Of a DNA stretch of 64,000 nucleotides, positions 19,298 through 29,104 are shown piece after piece. The translations under genes were made by a program, and so were the position numbers. Origin of the DNA: Faecousia sp. (GTDB lineage: Bacteria; Bacillota; Clostridia; Oscillospirales; Oscillospiraceae). The notes beneath the pieces were generated by a model. That model was not told the origin of the DNA, made no database searches, and saw only the letters and a list, made by a program, of their open reading frames with translations. The first letter of the stretch is position 1. Each line of letters starts with the position of its first letter. The stretch spans positions 13,562 to 77,561 of the forward strand of contig JAZNNO010000026.1 of assembly GCA_045580345.1 (NCBI GenBank). The letters are read 5' to 3'.

Positions 19298-20419
19298 ATG
19301 TCCAAAGAACTCATCAGACTCCAGGATCTCACTATGGAGTTCGACGGGGAGCGGATACTTGATGGTATCAATCTCTATTTTAACGATCACGAATTTCTCA
19401 CGCTGCTTGGCCCCTCCGGCTGCGGCAAGACTACCACTCTGCGAATTATTGGCGGTTTTTTGACCCCCACCTCCGGCAGAGTGCTTTTTGACGGCCAATG
19501 CATCAACGATGTGCCTGCCTACAAGCGGCAGATCAACACCGTTTTTCAGCGGTATGCCCTGTTTCCCCACTTGGATGTGTACGGAAACATCGCCTTTGGT
19601 CTGAAGGTGGCAAAGCTCAGCAAGGAAGAGATCCAGGAACGGGTGCAGGATATCCTGGCCGTTGTGGGTCTGAAAGGCTACGAGCATCGCCGTATCGACA
19701 GTCTTTCCGGCGGTCAGCAGCAGCGTGTTGCCATTGCCCGGGCGCTGGTGAACCGGCCCAAGGTCCTGCTTTTGGATGAACCTTTGGCGGCTCTGGACCT
19801 GCGTCTGCGCAAGGATATGCAGAACGAACTAAAACGCATTCAGCAAGCTATGGGTATCACCTTTATTTATGTGACCCACGACCAGGAAGAGGCCCTTTCC
19901 ATGTCCGACACCGTGGTGGTTATGGACAAAGGCCGCATTCAGCAGATCGGCAAGCCCGAGGATATTTATAACGAGCCCAAGAACGCCTTTGTGGCTGACT
20001 TCATTGGCGAGAGTAACATCTTAGACGGTGTAATGCTTGCTGACTACAAGGTCAAGTTCTTTGGCCGGGTCTTTGAGTGCGTGGATAAGGGCTTTGCCCC
20101 CAATGAGCCTGTGGATGTGGTCATCCGCCCGGAGGATATTGACTTTGTCCCCGCCGGCGAAGGCCATTTGGTGGGCACTGTCACCAGTGTTACCTTTAAG
20201 GGCCTCAACTATGATATTATTCTGGACTTCCGTGGCTTCAAGTGGCTGATCCAGACCACCGATTACCACGGTGAGGGCGAAACGGTGGGTATCCGCCTGA
20301 ACCCCGAGGATATCCACATTATGCACAAGAGCGAGTACTCCGGTATGTTCGGTGACTACAGCTCCTACTCCGCTGAGTATGACGAGCTGACGGAGGATGT
20401 AGCCGATGAAGAAGAATAA
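19298..20419 (+). CDS. potA: Spermidine/putrescine ABC transporter ATPase
   Basis: [38 protein letters not shown]. Confidence 0.93.
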   Translation: MSKELIRLQDLTMEFDGERILDGINLYFNDHEFLTLLGPSGCGKTTTLRIIGGFLTPTSGRVLFDGQCINDVPAYKRQINTVFQRYALFPHLDVYGNIAFGLKVAKLSKEEIQERVQDILAVVGLKGYEHRRIDSLSGGQQQRVAIARALVNRPKVLLLDEPLAALDLRLRKDMQNELKRIQQAMGITFIYVTHDQEEALSMSDTVVVMDKGRIQQIGKPEDIYNEPKNAFVADFIGESNILDGVMLADYKVKFFGRVFECVDKGFAPNEPVDVVIRPEDIDFVPAGEGHLVGTVTSVTFKGLNYDIILDFRGFKWLIQTTDYHGEGETVGIRLNPEDIHIMHKSEYSGMFGDYSSYSAEYDELTEDVADEEE

Positions 20420-21230
20420 GTCCATTCTTTTGAGCGCGCCCTACATCCTGTGGATGCTGCTCTTTACCTTGATCCCTTTGGGTGTGATGGTATTTTATGC
20501 CTTCACCGACCCGGACACCGGCGCTTTTACCTTAGGGAATCTGCGGGATTTGGGGCTGTTTCTGCCCACCTTGGGCACTTCGGTGTGGTACTCCCTGCTG
20601 TCGGCCATCATCTGCCTGCTGCTGGGCTATCCTGTGGCTTATTTCATTGCCCACCGGGGCGCAGTTGCCCAAAAGATCCTGTATATGCTCATTATGCTGC
20701 CCATGTGCATGAGCTTTTTGCTCCGCACTTTGGCCTGGGTAGGCCTGCTGGAAACCAACGGCATCATCAATGTGATCCTTGGTAAGTTTGGCCTTGGCAC
20801 AGTGGAGGCCATCGGCACGCCCGGCGCAGTGATCTTGGGTATGGTCTACAACTACCTGCCATATATGATCCTGCCCCTGTACGCCATCATCGTAAAGATC
20901 GATAGCCGCCTTATTGAGGCCGCTGAAGACTTGGGCTGCAACGGCCTGCAGGTGTTCGGCCGGGTGATCTTGCCCCTCAGCGTGCCGGGAATCCTCTCCG
21001 GCATCACGATGGTATTTGTCCCCGCTGTTTCCACCTTCTATATCTCCCAAAAGCTGGGCGGCGCAGACACTATGCTCATCGGCGACATTATCGAAAAGCA
21101 ATTCAAGACCAGTAACAATCCCAACTTAGGCGCGGCGCTGAGTCTGCTGCTGATGCTGATGGTTCTGGTCTGCACCGGCATTATGAATCGCTTCGGCGAC
21201 GAAGATGAGGAAGGCGGTGTGGTGGTATGA
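20406..21230 (+). CDS. potB: Spermidine/putrescine ABC permease
   Basis: [30 protein letters not shown]. Confidence 0.9.
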   Translation: MKKNKSILLSAPYILWMLLFTLIPLGVMVFYAFTDPDTGAFTLGNLRDLGLFLPTLGTSVWYSLLSAIICLLLGYPVAYFIAHRGAVAQKILYMLIMLPMCMSFLLRTLAWVGLLETNGIINVILGKFGLGTVEAIGTPGAVILGMVYNYLPYMILPLYAIIVKIDSRLIEAAEDLGCNGLQVFGRVILPLSVPGILSGITMVFVPAVSTFYISQKLGGADTMLIGDIIEKQFKTSNNPNLGAALSLLLMLMVLVCTGIMNRFGDEDEEGGVVV

Positions 21231-23248
21231 AAAGAACCAACCGAATCCTCACGATTCTGATTTTTGCCTTTCTGTATCTGCCTATGCTGGTGCTGATCGT
21301 GGCATCCTTCAACACGGGCAAGAATCTGACGGTCTTTGAAAGCTTCACCTTGGGCAATTACAAAGACCTGTTCCAGGACAAGGACCTTTTGGGTCTGCTG
21401 GGCAACTCCCTGCTTATCTCCATTTTGTCCACTGCCATTGCCACAGGCTTTGGCACTTTTGCCGCTGTGGGCATTCACAATCTCAAGCCCCGTATGCGCA
21501 AGACGGTGATGAGCCTGACCAACATTCCCATGACCAACCCGGACATTGTGACCGGTATTTCCCTGTCGCTGCTGTTCGTATTTATTGGCACGACCCTGCT
21601 GCACCAAAAGGAAAGTCTGAACTTTTGGACGCTGCTCATTGCCCACATCACCTTCAATTTGCCCTATGTGATTTTGAATGTGATGCCCAAGCTGAAGCAG
21701 ATGGACCCCGCTTTGCAGGACGCTGCAATGGATCTGGGCTGCACCCCGGTGCAATCCTTCTTTAAGGTCACCCTCCACGAGATCATGCCCGGCATTATCT
21801 CCGGTGCGATCATGGCCTTTACCATGAGCCTTGACGATTTTGTCATCAGCTATTTTGTCACCGGCTCTGGATTCCTTACCCTGCCCATTGAGATCTATTC
21901 CTACACCAAAAAGCCTATGCAGCCCCGGGTTTACGCAATGTTTACCCTGCTGTTCCTGCTGATTTTTGTGCTGATGGTGGTTATGAATCTGCTGCAGATC
22001 CGTTCTGAGCGGAAAAAGACCGCAAAGCAGGAAACCACCAAATCCGGTCGGATCTTCCGTCGGGTTTGCGCAGGTTTCTGTGCCGTTGCCATCTTCTTTG
22101 GCGCAGGTTGGCTTATCTTCTCCACCCGGCAGGATAAAGTCACCTTAAATGTGATGAACTGGGGTCAAAATATCGCTGACGGCAGCGACGAAACCATGGA
22201 CATCATTGCTGCTTTTGAGGAAAAGTATCCCCACATCGATGTCAACTACACCACCTACGAGTCCAACGAATCCCTCTATGCCAAGCTGGCCGGCGGCGGT
22301 GTGACGGTGGATCTCATCATTCCGTCAGACTATATGATCGCCCGGCTCATCGATGAGGATATGCTGAATCCTCTGAATTTTGAGAACATTCCCAACTACA
22401 AGTTTGTCCAGGAGCAGTTTAAGAACACCGCATATGACCCGGATAACGCCTACTCTGTTCCTTATACCTGGGGCACTGTGGGTATCATCTATAACACCAA
22501 GTTTGTAGACGAAGCCGATGTGACCGGTTGGGAGCTGCTGTGGAATGAGAAGTACGCCGGCAAGATACTGATGTTCGACAACTCCCGGGACGCCTTTGGC
22601 ATCGCCCAGTTCTTAGAGGGCATCAGCATCAACACTACGGACAAAAAAGAGCTTCAGCAGGCCGCAAACAAGCTGGCCCAGCAGAATCCTCTGGTTCGGC
22701 AGTATGTGATGGATCAGATCTACAGCGCTATGGAAGACGAAAACGCCTGGATCGCCCCCTACTATGCCGGCGACTGCATGATGATGATGGATGCCAACGA
22801 GAACCTGCAGTTCTATCTACCGGAGGAACAGGGCTTCAACCTGTTCATTGATGCTATGTGCGTTCCCAAGTGCAGTGAGAACCAAAAAGAGGCGGAGCTA
22901 CTCATCAACTTCCTGTGTGAGCCGGAAATTTCCGGCGCCAATATGGACTATATCTGCTACGCCTCTCCCATTGAGGGCGCAAGAGATCATATGGATGAAT
23001 ACCTTGCCGAAAGCCAGGTCATTTACCCCGATGATTCCATTTTGGAAAAGGGCACCAGCTATCTGTTCCTGCCCCCGGAAGTAAACCGGTTGATGGATAA
23101 CCTGTTTATGGAGGTTCGGATCAGCGGCGGTGACACCGGTGAAAGCGAGGAAGAACCCTCTGCCCTGCCTGTGATATTGACCTTTGCAGGATTGGGCATT
23201 GCGGCGGCTTTCCTGTTCCTGCCCAAAAAGAAATCCAAGCATAAATAA
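21227..23248 (+). CDS. Fused PotC permease + PotD binding protein with an extra C-terminal TM tail
   Basis: FLYLPMLVL..SFN, AHITFNLPYV, FTMSLDDF, then LNVMNWG..PSDYMI..YSVPYTWGTVGI; ends in a hydrophobic stretch + KKKSKHK. Confidence 0.9.
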   Translation: MKRTNRILTILIFAFLYLPMLVLIVASFNTGKNLTVFESFTLGNYKDLFQDKDLLGLLGNSLLISILSTAIATGFGTFAAVGIHNLKPRMRKTVMSLTNIPMTNPDIVTGISLSLLFVFIGTTLLHQKESLNFWTLLIAHITFNLPYVILNVMPKLKQMDPALQDAAMDLGCTPVQSFFKVTLHEIMPGIISGAIMAFTMSLDDFVISYFVTGSGFLTLPIEIYSYTKKPMQPRVYAMFTLLFLLIFVLMVVMNLLQIRSERKKTAKQETTKSGRIFRRVCAGFCAVAIFFGAGWLIFSTRQDKVTLNVMNWGQNIADGSDETMDIIAAFEEKYPHIDVNYTTYESNESLYAKLAGGGVTVDLIIPSDYMIARLIDEDMLNPLNFENIPNYKFVQEQFKNTAYDPDNAYSVPYTWGTVGIIYNTKFVDEADVTGWELLWNEKYAGKILMFDNSRDAFGIAQFLEGISINTTDKKELQQAANKLAQQNPLVRQYVMDQIYSAMEDENAWIAPYYAGDCMMMMDANENLQFYLPEEQGFNLFIDAMCVPKCSENQKEAELLINFLCEPEISGANMDYICYASPIEGARDHMDEYLAESQVIYPDDSILEKGTSYLFLPPEVNRLMDNLFMEVRISGGDTGESEEEPSALPVILTFAGLGIAAAFLFLPKKKSKHK

Positions 23249-23251
23249 GCT

Positions 23252-23285
23252 TAACCCCACGGCTGTAATTAGCCGTGGGGTTATT
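23252..23285 (+). terminator. Intrinsic terminator after the pot operon
   Basis: TAACCCCACGGCT-GTAATT-AGCCGTGGGGTTATT. Confidence 0.8.
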
Positions 23286-23298
23286 ATAATGCTCTTTT

Positions 23299-23382
23299 GT
23301 AGGGGAGGCATATGCCTCCCACTTTTCGCCGCAAGGTGATCTGACCTTGTTGCATCCGGAAGGGATACTATCCCTCCCCTAC
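23299..23382. repeat. REP doublet (REPIN-like), GTAG family
   Basis: GTAGGGGAGGCATATGCCTCCC ... CGGAAGGGATACTATCCCTCCCCTAC in inverted orientation; near-identical element at 31457-31534. Confidence 0.8.
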
Positions 23383-23393
23383 AAAGTTTTTTC

Positions 23394-23444
23394 TTGACAA
23401 ATTAAAGTTTTCTGTATATACTATATTTAACAATTAGGTTAAAT
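23394..23444 (+). promoter_or_regulatory. SigA promoter and palindromic operator of sdpRI
   Basis: TTGACA-17-TATACT followed by ATTTAAC-AATTAG-GTTAAAT (23425-23444). Confidence 0.7.
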
Positions 23445-23463
23445 GTTAAAAGGAGGTTATGTA

Positions 23464-23739
23464 ATGGGACTGCAACAAACACTAAAGGCCCTGGCTGATC
23501 CCATCCGTCGGGAAATTCTCAACATGCTAAAGATAAGCAGGATGTCCGCCGGAGAGATCACCGACCACTTCCCTGTGACCGGTGCATCTATTTCCCGGCA
23601 TTTGTCCGTGCTGAAAGAGGCGGACTTAGTCCGGGACACCCGGGAGGGGCAATTCATTTTCTACGAATTGAATGCTTCCGTGCTGGAAGAAATGCTGCTT
23701 TGGGTCAAAGATTTGAAAGGAGATCAAGAACATGATTAA
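23464..23739 (+). CDS. ArsR-family autorepressor, SdpR-like
   Basis: KALADPIRREIL..MSAGEI..SISRHLSVLKEADLV..REGQFIFYELN; overlaps the sdpI-like start. Confidence 0.88.
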   Translation: MGLQQTLKALADPIRREILNMLKISRMSAGEITDHFPVTGASISRHLSVLKEADLVRDTREGQFIFYELNASVLEEMLLWVKDLKGDQEHD

Positions 23740-24814
23740 GAAGAACAAATGGAATCTGCTGTTTTCCTCCATCGTTATCCTGCTGCCCATCGTTTTTGGG
23801 CTTATCTTTTGGAATAAACTCCCCGAAGAACTGACTACCCACTGGGGCGCAGACGGTCAGGCCGACGGCTGGATGACGAAAGGCGCTACTATTCTTATTC
23901 TGCCGCTCATTCTATTGGCTGTCCATTGGCTCTGCTTTTTGCTTTCCACCAAGCTGCCTGGCGGCAATGATCAGAACCCCAAGTTGCTCGGCATTGTGCT
24001 TTGGATCATTCCCATTATTTCCCTGGCCGCAAACGGCACTATCTACGCAGTTGCTTTCGGCAAGGAGATCAATCCGGTATTCTTTGTATTTCCGCTGATT
24101 GGTATTCTGTTCATCGCCATCGGCAACTATCTGCCCAAGTGCAAGCGCAATATCGCCGCCGGCATCAAGATCAAATGGGCCCTCCAAAACGAGGAAAACT
24201 GGTATGCCACCCACCGTTTCGGTGGCAAAGTTTATGTGATCGGCGGATTTTTCCTGCTTGCTTGTATGTTCCTGCCCACCGCCATTGCTCTTTGGGCCGG
24301 TGGTATCGCCCTGCTGGTGCTGATTCTTACGCCTGTCATCTATTCCTATGCCTACTACAAAAAGCAGGTCAAAGCCGGTAACTACGAGGTAGAACCACTT
24401 CCCTGCCTCAATACCAAGACCGCGAAGATCATCTCTTTGGTGACGGTTCCCATTATCTTGGTTCTTGTGGTGGTAATTATGTTCACAGGCAATGTGAAGG
24501 TCAACTATACAGAAACTGCCTTTGCCATTGAAGCAAGCTTCTGGTCTGATCTGACTGTGGAGTATGATGCCATTGAAAGCATCGAGTATCGGGAAGAAGG
24601 CGTCGCCGGCACCCGCGCTAACGGTGTTGGCAGCGCCCGGCTGCTGGTTGGCATATTCCAAAACGAGGAATTTGGTAACTACACCCGTTACACCTACACC
24701 GGCAGTAAACCTTGTGTGGTGTTGAATGTGGATGGAAAGATTTTGGTTATCAACGGCATCGACGAAGCCGTCACAAAGACAATTTACGAAACCATCCAAG
24801 AAAAAATCAAATAA
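23732..24814 (+). CDS. SdpI-family membrane protein (DUF1648 + SdpI + C-terminal PH-like domain)
   Basis: LPEELTTHWGADGQADG, GNYLPKCKRN..GIKIKW..ENWYATHRFGG, C-terminal GTRANGVG...G.FQNEEFGNY. Confidence 0.82.
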   Translation: MIKKNKWNLLFSSIVILLPIVFGLIFWNKLPEELTTHWGADGQADGWMTKGATILILPLILLAVHWLCFLLSTKLPGGNDQNPKLLGIVLWIIPIISLAANGTIYAVAFGKEINPVFFVFPLIGILFIAIGNYLPKCKRNIAAGIKIKWALQNEENWYATHRFGGKVYVIGGFFLLACMFLPTAIALWAGGIALLVLILTPVIYSYAYYKKQVKAGNYEVEPLPCLNTKTAKIISLVTVPIILVLVVVIMFTGNVKVNYTETAFAIEASFWSDLTVEYDAIESIEYREEGVAGTRANGVGSARLLVGIFQNEEFGNYTRYTYTGSKPCVVLNVDGKILVINGIDEAVTKTIYETIQEKIK

Positions 24815-24817
24815 GGC

Positions 24818-24849
24818 AAACCCCCGAAACATTCGTTTCGGGGGTTTAT
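24818..24849. terminator. Bidirectional terminator
   Basis: AAACCCCCGAAAC-ATTC-GTTTCGGGGGTTT. Confidence 0.8.
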
Positions 24850-24851
24850 TC

Positions 24852-25538
24852 TTACAATTCTTCCAAGTACGCTACGCCGGGTACGGATTGTACCTGCTCC
24901 AACACCTCTAAGTGGTTGCTGCGCTTTTTGGATTTCACCGTGGCAATGTAGGCACGGTTGCCGGCATCGCTGTCAGATTCCTGCTCCCGCTGGACATTGT
25001 AGATCTCCAGTTCCTTTTCCCGGACAGCCCGGAGAAAATCACCCAAGGCCACTGTATTGGACAGTTCGATGTAAACTTCCATCTGGCGGCTTTTGCGGTG
25101 CATATTGTTATCCATCCGCTGCAGCACGGTAATGACAAAGAACATTGCAAAGCCACCTACAAGGGCCGCTTCATAAAAACCAATGCCCAAAGCCAGTCCC
25201 ACGCCTGCCGCTGTCCAAAGACCGGCTGCGGTGGTCAGACCCTTGATCTGATTCCGGCGGGTAACCACGATCGTACCGGCACCCAAAAAGCCGATGCCGC
25301 TGACGACCTGTGCGCCCATACGCACCGGATCGCCGGTCTTGAATACTTGATATATGTACTGATTGGTTAACATAATAAGGCAAGCGCCCACGCACACCAG
25401 CATATAGGTCCGCAGGCCCGCAGGACGGTTCTTCATACCTCGCTCCAGGCCCAGCAGGCCACCGATGATCACAGCAGCCACAATGCGCACCGCCACTGCC
25501 AAATATGTCACTTCTCTTATATCCATTCTAAGTTCCAT
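24852..25538 (-). CDS. MgtC/SapB family protein
   Basis: GLERG..RPAGLRTYMLV, DPVRMGAQVVSGIGFLGAG, GLTTAA. Confidence 0.93.
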   Translation of the reverse strand: MELRMDIREVTYLAVAVRIVAAVIIGGLLGLERGMKNRPAGLRTYMLVCVGACLIMLTNQYIYQVFKTGDPVRMGAQVVSGIGFLGAGTIVVTRRNQIKGLTTAAGLWTAAGVGLALGIGFYEAALVGGFAMFFVITVLQRMDNNMHRKSRQMEVYIELSNTVALGDFLRAVREKELEIYNVQREQESDSDAGNRAYIATVKSKKRSNHLEVLEQVQSVPGVAYLEEL

Positions 25539-25578
25539 TATCTACACCTCATTACATCTTTATGTTCCTTTTGGGAAA

Positions 25579-25947
25579 TCATTCCGCTGCGATAGCCTCA
25601 ATCTCGCACAAAACGCCCTTGGGCAGGCTCTTTACCGCTACACAGCTACGGGCAGGCTTGGAAACAAAATACTGGGCATATACCTGGTTAAACTCTGCAA
25701 AATCACCCATATCTGCCAAAAAACAGGTGGTTTTGAACACTTTCGTAAAATCCACGCCGGCAGCATCCAAAATAGCGCCGATGTTTTTACAGCTTTGGTG
25801 TGTCTGTGCCACGATTCCTGCGGGGATCTCCCCGGTTTGGGGATCTACAGGAATCTGACCGGAGGTATACACCAGGCCGTTTACCCGGTAGCCCTGGGAA
25901 TAAGGGCCGATGGCCCCGGGGGCTTTCTCTGTTACGATAGGTTTCAT
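25579..25947 (-). CDS. RidA/YjgF family deaminase
   Basis: APGAIGPYSQ, SGQIP, KTTCFL, PARSCVAVKSLPKG..EIEAIA. Confidence 0.93.
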   Translation of the reverse strand: MKPIVTEKAPGAIGPYSQGYRVNGLVYTSGQIPVDPQTGEIPAGIVAQTHQSCKNIGAILDAAGVDFTKVFKTTCFLADMGDFAEFNQVYAQYFVSKPARSCVAVKSLPKGVLCEIEAIAAE

Positions 25948-28064
25948 TTTGTTCCCTCCACATTTCGTTCCCGGCTTTGGCAGGTAAACAGGATCACCTG
26001 CTTCTGATCTGCCGCCTCCCGGAGAATTTCCAAAGCTGCCCGCATGCGGGTATCGTCAAAGCGGACCAGGGCATCGTCCAAAATAATGGGAGCATCCGGG
26101 GTCAGTTCCTCGGCCACTGCCAACCGCAAAGCCAGGTACAACTGATCCACTGTGCCGTCGCTGCGCCACAGAGTGCCGTGCAAGGTATTCTCGCCCTCTG
26201 CGCCCGCCTCTACGGACAGATCCTGCAAAAGGCTCAGTCTGTTATACCGCTGACCGGTCAGCTTTCCAAACAGGCTCTGCGCCCTCTGAGAGATACGGGG
26301 TGCGAACCGCCTCTGCAATTCCTGGGTGGCTTGCACCAGGGTTTCCTGCGCCCGGGCCAAAGCCCGGTAGTGCAGCTCCAGGTCGGCAATGCGGGCCTGG
26401 GCTTTTGCTTTTTCCTGCTCCAGCTGCTCCGCCTGGCCCAGGGTTTCCATCTGACCCTGGCACTGTCCCAATCTTTGCTGCAAGCTATGCTGCTCCGCAG
26501 TTGTTTGGGCTATGATCCAATCCGTTTCCTCCGCTGCGCAAGTTAGTGTATCGGGGAATTTGGGTGCTTCCACAGTTTTGCCTGCGCCGGACAGCGCCTG
26601 CAGTACATCCTCGGCCTGCTTGGCAAGGGTCTGTTTTTGCGCAAGGGCACTGTGCTTCTGCTGCATCACACGGCAGTTTTCTTCAAACTGGGTAAGGCTT
26701 TCGCCACCGGTCAAAGCCTTGATCGCGCGGTCGTTTTCTTCCAGCTGCTTGTTGATCTGCTCCACCTCTTGCTGGCGATCGGCAAGTTCTTTTTCATACT
26801 CGCGCTGGGTTTTGGCATATTCGGCCGCCATTTCTTCCCAACGGTCTGCAGGAATACCATGATAGCGTTCTGTTAACTGGGCAATTTGGGCTTTCAGTTT
26901 TTTCTGCTTTCTTACGCCACAGAAAAACAGCACAGCAGCCAAAGCTAACAGCGCGCCGCCAACAATAGGCACAAAAAACAGCATTGCAATACCCAAAGCG
27001 GCGCAAATACCGCCTGCAATATAGGGTACCGGTTTTTTCAAATCGTTTTCCAACTGAGAAAGTACCTTTCGGTCAAGGATGGCATCCTGCACAGCTTTTT
27101 CCGAATCCTTGCCCCGGAAGGGTTCTGCTGCCTCCGGCATTTGGGGCATGGCAGGCGCAGACTGGGAATGGAGTTCTTCCCGGGTCTGCCGAAGCTTCTG
27201 CACCGTGATCAAATCTTGTTGCAGCTTCTCCGGGGCGGGAATGCCTGCGCAATCCTCCTGTGCCCGGGCAAGGGCCTGGGCAGCAGCATCCCGGGCTTCC
27301 CGGGCAGCTGTCAATTTCTCAGCATACCGGAGATATTCTGCATATTCCAGTGCCTGTTTATGGTTTTCCCAAACCTCTGCTGTTGCCTCATTTTGCTGCA
27401 TCCTCTGTTCAATAGCAGCTACTTGCTGCTGCAAAGCAGAAAGCTGCTGCAGCTTCTCTTCCACACCAGCAAGCTTTGCTTCCTGCTCGGGGAGCAATCC
27501 CGTTTTATTATGTCGGCAGCGGTTTTTCAGATCCTTCAGCTTTTGCGCCAGGTCATCGGATGCGCCGCTTTCGTCAGCGGTAGTCACCAGCTCATTGAGC
27601 CGTCTGCGCAAGGATTCGTCCTCCGTCACAGGCATCTCCGACTGGCGCAGGAATCCGGAACGGGCAAACACGGACCGCTCCACGCCCAAAAGTACCTGTC
27701 CGGGTGCGGCAACGCTCAGCTCCGGCACAGGAATACCCGTACGGGTCTCGTAGGCTTTCACATCGCCCATAGGGACACGGCCCTTATTCTGCCGCTCAAT
27801 GGTGATTTCCCGGTTCTGCCACAAAATATCCATTCTGCCGGACATAGGCTCACCGGACCAAGGAGCATAATGTACTTTGTCTGCCAATACACCAGTTTTG
27901 GACCGGGCGCCGGTATCGATGCCGTAAAGCATCGCCATAATAAAGGCACACCAGGTACTCTTACCCCACTCGTTGGGGGCTTCGATCAGATTCATGCCCG
28001 GCTCAAAGGTCAGGGTCTGCCGGGACAGTTTGCCAAAGGTGGCAGTCATCGAAAGAATTTTCAT
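25944..28064 (-). CDS. YhaN/SbcC-like coiled-coil ABC-type ATPase
   Basis: FGKL, PNEWGKST, long coiled coil, SDGTVDQLYLALRLA, PIILDDALVRFDD, QVILFTC. Confidence 0.85.
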   Translation of the reverse strand: MKILSMTATFGKLSRQTLTFEPGMNLIEAPNEWGKSTWCAFIMAMLYGIDTGARSKTGVLADKVHYAPWSGEPMSGRMDILWQNREITIERQNKGRVPMGDVKAYETRTGIPVPELSVAAPGQVLLGVERSVFARSGFLRQSEMPVTEDESLRRRLNELVTTADESGASDDLAQKLKDLKNRCRHNKTGLLPEQEAKLAGVEEKLQQLSALQQQVAAIEQRMQQNEATAEVWENHKQALEYAEYLRYAEKLTAAREARDAAAQALARAQEDCAGIPAPEKLQQDLITVQKLRQTREELHSQSAPAMPQMPEAAEPFRGKDSEKAVQDAILDRKVLSQLENDLKKPVPYIAGGICAALGIAMLFFVPIVGGALLALAAVLFFCGVRKQKKLKAQIAQLTERYHGIPADRWEEMAAEYAKTQREYEKELADRQQEVEQINKQLEENDRAIKALTGGESLTQFEENCRVMQQKHSALAQKQTLAKQAEDVLQALSGAGKTVEAPKFPDTLTCAAEETDWIIAQTTAEQHSLQQRLGQCQGQMETLGQAEQLEQEKAKAQARIADLELHYRALARAQETLVQATQELQRRFAPRISQRAQSLFGKLTGQRYNRLSLLQDLSVEAGAEGENTLHGTLWRSDGTVDQLYLALRLAVAEELTPDAPIILDDALVRFDDTRMRAALEILREAADQKQVILFTCQSRERNVEGTK

Positions 28065-29104
28065 GGCAGGACCACCTCCTCACCTTCCAAAAGGCTCCGG
28101 GAGAGCTTTGCTGCCAGCAAAATCTCTTGCTTTTCCTCCTCGGGCGCATTGTCAAGGGCTTGCTTCAGCAGGCCAAAATACACGCCCTCAAAGCTATCTT
28201 TCCCCAAGCTGCCCCAAATATCTGCCGGCCGGGTGGTTTTATCCCGGAGGGTCAAATTGGGCAGGTGGGCATATTCTACCTGCAATGCAGTGAGGTTGGG
28301 AGTATCGCAAGCGCCCACCAAAGTCACACGGTAGTGATCTTCACTGTTTACCGGGGGCAGCACCCGGGGAAGTTCCTCCGGCTTTGCCTCCAAATCGTAA
28401 AAACGGGGTGTATCCAGGGGCACAAACTTCACAGAAGCGGTATCTTCCAGGGTCACGACATACACGCCCTTTTCCCCCGGTTCGTCATAGCCCTTGCCCA
28501 TAGGGCAGCCGGGCCAGGCGCACAAGGTTCTGCCGGCGCGGAATTGGTCTGCTTTGTGGATATGACCTAAAGCCAGATAGTCAAGACCGGACTCCTTCAC
28601 CTGGGCTTTTGTAATTGGGTTATAGGGAGAGCCTGCCTGGGTGGGGTCGCCGTGGAAGATGCCTACAGTATATTTTTCCAGACACTGGGCGGAAAAGCCC
28701 TGCAAAAGGGCATCGCAATCCATACTCTCAAAGCCTGCGCCGTACACCCGCAGGTCAAGCTGGGGCACTGCCACGGATTCGATGCGGGAGGACTTAAAGA
28801 TGTGGACATTCTCCGGCCACATTTCCTTCAGCCAGGCACTGGCGCTGTCGCAATAATCGTGGTTGCCCGGGGTGATAAACACCGGCACGGACATTGCTTT
28901 CAGCACATCGTAAGCGATCTGATAGCCCCGGGGGCTATAAGCGCCGTCAAACAGGTCGCCGGCGATCAAAACCGCATCGCACTGCTCATTGCGGCAAATT
29001 TCAAAAATCTTTCCCGGCACAGACTCTAAGGCCTTCCGCAACTGGGGGCCATGACCCACCAGCGGGGCATCCAAATGCCAATCAGCCGTGTGCAGAATCT
29101 TCAT
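28061..29104 (-). CDS. YhaO/SbcD-like metallophosphoesterase (DNA repair exonuclease)
   Basis: LHTADWHLD, AGDLFD, PGNHD, DYLALGHIH. Confidence 0.88.
   Translation of the reverse strand: MKILHTADWHLDAPLVGHGPQLRKALESVPGKIFEICRNEQCDAVLIAGDLFDGAYSPRGYQIAYDVLKAMSVPVFITPGNHDYCDSASAWLKEMWPENVHIFKSSRIESVAVPQLDLRVYGAGFESMDCDALLQGFSAQCLEKYTVGIFHGDPTQAGSPYNPITKAQVKESGLDYLALGHIHKADQFRAGRTLCAWPGCPMGKGYDEPGEKGVYVVTLEDTASVKFVPLDTPRFYDLEAKPEELPRVLPPVNSEDHYRVTLVGACDTPNLTALQVEYAHLPNLTLRDKTTRPADIWGSLGKDSFEGVYFGLLKQALDNAPEEEKQEILLAAKLSRSLLEGEEVVLP

Noticed and set aside
25944-29104. Nuclease plus SMC-like ATPase as an anti-phage system
   Set aside because: Matches the widespread YhaO/YhaN pair in a core operon with host-like composition; no defence-island context
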